From the NCBI GenBank assembly GCA_964016885.1, contig OZ024754.1:8370001-8434000 (forward strand): 64,000 bases of DNA, written 5' to 3'. This DNA is from Eledone cirrhosa (Eukaryota). The translations under genes and the position numbers were made by a program. Below, piece after piece: positions 58,039 through 64,000 of the stretch (the first letter of the stretch is position 1; each line of letters starts with the position of its first letter). The notes under the pieces are model-generated. The model searched no databases and was not told the origin of the DNA. It worked only from the letters and a program-made list of their open reading frames with translations.

Positions 58039-58114
<76 letters not shown>

Positions 58115-58270
58115 ATTAATTTTTCTCAGTTTCAGAAGATCCCACTTAGGGTGAAGGCTGTAATTTATTGCTTAAACCTTTACTCTGAACTAATAATGTG
58201 CATGTATGTGTGTATGTATGTATGTATGTATGTATGTATGTATGTATGTATGTATGTATGTATGTATGTA

Positions 58271-58369
<99 letters not shown>

Positions 58370-58382
58370 GTGTATGTATGTA

Positions 58383-58421
<39 letters not shown>

Positions 58422-60716
58422 GTGTGTGTGTGTACTGTGTTATATAATTTTACTATTCAGTAGTTAACTCAGGTTTCATGCAATTCTGACATTAATAAAA
58501 TACTACAGTTCCCTCTAACCAGCTCATACGAGATATAATATAACATTATTTATTTATATTAAACTCTTTCTTTCTTTTCAGACATAACTTCGATATCGTT
58601 CTTCATCGTACTTTTATTATTATTATTCATATTATTTTTTTATCATTATTGTTATTATTATTATTTCCTATTACCTCTCGTGTTTATTCCGTGCAATCAT
58701 GTCGATTCGATATATATTGAATATATGATTATTTATTGACATCAATATGTGATTATATATGGACATCATCAATATATGATTATATATTGATATCATCAAA
58801 ATTGAAGCTCTAGTAGACATGAATATTTGCAAAATTAAACAGTATGGTTCATTTCGACTATAGAAATATATTTTCCTTTTCTAACCAACGATTACATTGT
58901 TTACACGGCATAGGGTATTCTAGTACAAACATTATCTTAATGATGATAATAGCCATTTATAGAATCTTTCAGGGTTGGTTGGATCCAATCCCTGTCAGCT
59001 TCTCCAGAAATAAATGGGAAATTATCCACCATTTTACACTAAATGAGAGTCTTTATCTCAGCGTTGGAGTCTTTTGATGAATTGACATGGAATGGACCCT
59101 CGTCGGTTTCTACGATGGGTGTTCCAGTTATTTGATCAACGAAACAACTTGCTTGTAAAATGTAAAATGAACGAGCAAGTGGCTGAGCATTCGACAGATA
59201 TCGACAGTCGATCGACTTTCGTCAAATCGGACTGAAGGTAACAATGTTTCCGTTGGTCTTTCCAATTGCTAATATTATCTATCGGTCGCAACTCCGGGTA
59301 GAAGGAGCAACGTAAAATAAAGTGTCTTGCTCAAGGACATAACGCATCGCCCGGTCTAGGAATCGAACTCACCACCTCACGATTGCGAATCCAATTCTCT
59401 AACCACTTGGCCACACACCTTCACAGATATGTGTACTTCTTAATGTAATTCTCATGAAGTTCCGTTTACACAATTTCACTGACCGGAAACGAATCAACCA
59501 GAAATTAGAATAAATGACACTTTCCCAAGATGCCGAGCAGTAAAATTGAACCTGGGACGTAATGATTGCGAACTGAAGCTAGCACAAAAATAATTGTTTC
59601 TACTTTAGGCACAAGGCCAGCAATTACCCAGTATATTACTGGTACTTTATTTTATCGACCCCGTAAGGATGAAAGGCAAAGTTAACCTCGGCGGGATTTG
59701 AACTCAAAATGTAAAGGGACGTAACTATGCTAGAAAGCATGGCGTCCAACCCTCTACCGATACTGCCAATCCACCGCCCTAGCACAAAAATAATGGTGTC
59801 ATGTATAGGCACAAGGCCATAAATAAATTTGTATGGGGGGGGGTCGATTAAATCGACCCTAGTGTGTAACTGGTACTTTATTTTATCGAGCCCGTAAAGA
59901 TGAAAGGCAAAGTTAATTTCGGTGGGATTTGAACTTAGATCATAAAGGGCCGTAACTTAGACCATAAAGGGCTACAAAGCATGGCGTCCGACCCTCTACC
60001 GATACTGCCAATCCACTGCCCTAACTAGCACAAACAAATAAAAGAATATCACGGGGAAGGCAGTTAGTCTTGCTGATGAGCGGTGCTCTCTCTCTCTCTC
60101 TCTCTCTCTCTCAACTACTGATTTCAGATGTAAATCTCTGCACTAAATACGTAGATGAGTCACTGAATTGCGAAGTGGATGAATCTGCTATTGAATACGT
60201 CATAGATTTGATTCGTTAAAAGATAACCAGCCACCACCACCATCAACATCAACATCAACATCACCACCATCATCATCACCACACCACACCACCACCATCA
60301 TCACCACCACCACCACCACACCACCACCATCACCACCATAACGATCAGTTATGACAGCGCCATGGCAAGCAGCAAGAAGCCTATGGCGACATCTGAATTT
60401 TAATCAACCCGAATTATGATTTTGACCAGTTCAATGACAGGATTTACAGCCCGTATATATATATATATATATATATATGTGTTGTGTTGTGTTGTGTTGT
60501 GTTGTGTTGTGTTGTGTTGTGTTGTGTTGTGTGGGGAGGGGGGGGGGGGTGTTGGTAGAGTCGTTAGAACGTCGGGTACAAGCTTTATGGTATTCGATCC
60601 GACACTCAGCGTATGTTTTTATTGGCAGCAAGATCCTCCCAAAGTATAACAGTGTATATATATATATATATATGTATGAATATTTATATTTATATATATA
60701 TATATATATATATGAA

Positions 60717-60775
<59 letters not shown>

Positions 60776-60794
60776 ATATATATATAAATATTTA

Positions 60795-60834
<40 letters not shown>

Positions 60835-60840
60835 TATTTA

Positions 60841-60871
<31 letters not shown>

Positions 60872-60912
60872 GAATATTTATATTTATATATATAAATATT
60901 TATATATATATA

Positions 60913-60970
<58 letters not shown>

Positions 60971-60976
60971 TATTTA

Positions 60977-61032
<56 letters not shown>

Positions 61033-61104
61033 TTTATATTTATATATATATATATTTATATATATATATGTATATAAATATTTATATTTATATATATATA
61101 TATT

Positions 61105-61154
<50 letters not shown>

Positions 61155-61166
61155 AATATTTATATT

Positions 61167-61197
<31 letters not shown>

Positions 61198-61270
61198 TTA
61201 TATTTATATATATATTTATATATATATATATATATGTATATATCTATATATATATGTATATTTATATTTA

Positions 61271-61344
<74 letters not shown>

Positions 61345-61350
61345 TATATA

Positions 61351-61512
61351 AGTTTGTCTCGGATTCAATCGGGGGTAACCACAGTAAGTAAGGTACTCAA
61401 TACAAAGCAGAGTGTAAATATTTAATATAAAAATGGCTTCTACAGGACTAGAACTGTTTCATTCGGGAGAAATCATCCTGATGAAACAGTTTTAGTCCTG
61501 TAGAAGCCTTTC
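61351..61512. mobile_element. Penelope-like fold-back of the 44607-44796 family
   Basis: ggcttctacaggactagaactgtttc...gaaacagttttagtcctgtagaagcc; the junction falls inside the hammerhead core. Confidence 0.65.
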
Positions 61513-61632
61513 TATATATATATATATATACGAGTGGAAGGTTAGTAAAATCGAAGTTGTGGCAGTCGGCCAACATCCACGAAAAAATAATTCGGAGCTG
61601 ACACGAAGGAATCAATAAGAATGTATGGATAA

Positions 61633-61707
<75 letters not shown>

Positions 61708-62449
61708 AGAGTAGGGAACCGACGGCAAGAGCTCACCCGTCGGGGTCCCAACTCTTTATAATATAACCATACTCTACTACTCCAAGTATCGAGTACTCTG
61801 TTGAGTAATGGACTAACCAGTTTCAAATTGAATCCATCCTGATTTATATGTGTAAGTGTGAGTGAGTGTGAGTGTGTGTGTACGTCTGTCGGTGTATGTC
61901 TGTGTGTGTGTGTGTGTGTCAGTCAGTGTGTGTGTCAGTGAGTGAGTGTAAGTGTGAGTGAGTGTGTGTGTGTATGTACGTCTGTCGGTGTGTGTCTGTG
62001 TGTGTGTGTCAGTCAGTGTGTGTGTCAGTGAGTGAGTGAGTGTGTGAGTGTGTGTGAGTGTGTGTGTGTATGTACGTCTGTCAGTGTGTGCATGTGTGTG
62101 TCAGTCAGTGTGTGTGTCAGTGAGTGAGTGAATGTGTGTGTGAGTGTGAGTGTGTGTCTGAAAGTAATCAAAAGGGTTTTATCACTAAATGAAGATCTAT
62201 AAAATAACTGAGTCTCCCTCCCTCTCTCTCTCTCCCCTCTCTCCATCACTCTCCCTCACTCTCCCCCACCCCTCTCCCTCACTCCCCCCTCTACCTCACT
62301 CCCCCCCTCTCCCTCCCTCCTTGCTGTGATTTGTTGGTTTTCCTGTTTAAAAATAGAGAAATATAAAATTAAAATTTCACATTTATGTAATAAGATACAA
62401 TCGTTAAATTGAGATTAATTAAAATGGATAAAAATATTCCTCTTATTAA

Positions 62450-63025
62450 TACTACTAGTAGTCGTGATGGTGGTAGTGGTGGTGGTGGTGGTGGTGCTGG
62501 TGGTGGTGGTGGTGGTGGTGGGCGTAGGGGTAGTGGTGGTGGTGGTGGAGTAAATAGTAGTAGTATTAGTGGTGTTGGTGGAGCTAGTAGTAGTAGTGGT
62601 GGTGGTGGTGGTAGTCGTAGTGGTGGTGGTAGTCGTAGTGGTGGTGGTAGAGCTAGTAGCTAGTAGCAGCAACAGCACCAGCAGCAGTAGTAGTATTAAC
62701 AGCAGCAGTAGTAGTATTAACAACAGCAGTAGCAGCAGTAGTAGTATTAGCAACAGCAGTAGCAGCAGTAGTAGCAGTAGCAGCAGTAGCAGCAGTAGCA
62801 GCAGCAGCAGCAGTAGCAGCAGTAGTAGTATTAGCAGCAGCAGCAGCAGCAGTAGTAGTATTAGCAACAGCAATAGCAGCAGTAGTAGTAGCAGCAACAG
62901 CAGCAGTAGCAGCAACAGCAGCAGTAACAACAGCAGCAATAGCAATAGTAGCAGCAGCAGTGACAGCAACAGCACTAACAGTAACAGCAGCAGTAGCAAC
63001 AGCAGCAGCAATAGTAGCAGCAGTA
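62450..63025. repeat. (GGT)/(AGT)/(AGC) trinucleotide tract
   Basis: Direct inspection. Confidence 0.9.
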
Positions 63026-64000
63026 ATCAAGATTGCAATGTCTCTGTCCAAATTCACAAATGTTATTAGATGTTCGTGTGAAGATAAATGACGGATTACG
63101 TGCATATTTATGGAAAAACTATAAGCTAGCTTTAATATCCATCACTTAACTTCCTTGAATATATTTACATTTTATTCGTTCAATTTCTATAATTGACCAG
63201 AATATATTCCAATTTGTTATGCGCAGTTTCAAATAGTTTGAAACAGTTCGTTATTGGAAACTTAATTTCGTTATTAAACAGCCTAAACCACAAAGCATTT
63301 CAACCCAGCTAACTGCCAGCCATTGACAACGTATCATGTATTCTGTTTTGTCTTTATTTTATTGTATATTCGTGTCGTTTTATGGCGCAAAATATGGCCG
63401 ATCTAATATTGGTTTGTTTCGTTTAGCAATAAAAGAAGATAAAGTTAAAATGGTAGGTTGATAAAGAAATATCTGGTAATATCACAGCCATGACAGCAAA
63501 GTTCTAATAATATCTGACATTGTCTCATCTGTTGTCATTAAGTTCAATAAAAAGAACAATTATGGTGGATAATAGAAGCAGTGTTAACGAATTCTTGCTC
63601 TCTCTCACATATATATATATATATACATACACATATATATATATATAAGGTAAATTTCTTTAAGTCGTTTGGAAGCCTCGACAACGCAAAGAGAGAGATG
63701 TAAGTGGGTGTACGTTGAGATGCGTGGTGTGTATAAGACGTGTAGAGGAATGAAGGAAAGAGCATAAAGGATAAAATTAAAATAACAACACGAGAGAGAG
63801 TTACCTTGAGAAAGATTTAATTGTCCCTATATATTTCGGATTCACATCCATCAACTGGGGTTTTTTTCCGGGGTGGGGAAAGGTTGTCTGACGGAAAGGT
63901 GCGAAACGCGTCCTCCGCTGTTCATTGTTTTGAATATCTGAGATACCTAACTGGATTACCTATAACGATAACTTGTTATCCCATATATATATATATATAT

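Noticed and set aside
60073-60090. ctgatgag motif
   Set aside because: No downstream GAAA or stem III; it runs into (CT)n.
62409-63105. Gly/Ser/Ala/Leu-rich ORFs
   Set aside because: Trinucleotide tract open in several frames with no splice or domain evidence.
63884-63916. ctgacgg...gaaacgcgtc motif
   Set aside because: Stem III is hammerhead-like, but stems I and II do not pair and the core is altered.

Overview
Repeat-dominated eukaryotic (animal) DNA with no recognisable host protein-coding gene, rRNA, true tRNA or CRISPR array. The very dense (AT)n/(GT)n/(ACAT)n microsatellites and the SINE families suggest a cephalopod (octopus-like) intronic or intergenic region; this is an inference. 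Nearly all ORFs in the track are microsatellite artefacts. Real content: an ~11 kb 36-bp satellite; a 31-bp satellite inside a hAT element; an internally deleted mariner; a MITE; RTE, R4/Dong-like, Tx1/L1-like and CRE-like LINE fragments; many SINEs; and a Penelope-like (GIY-YIG) insertion with ~930-bp inverted arms. The most striking unannotated signal is about 20 complete, half or variant type I hammerhead-ribozyme motifs (CUGANGA...GAAA...NUH with paired stems I-III), from roughly ten sequence families. They lie mostly in short Penelope-like fragments embedded in (AT)n tracts, often as head-to-head fold-backs. All folds were assigned by eye and none has been tested.
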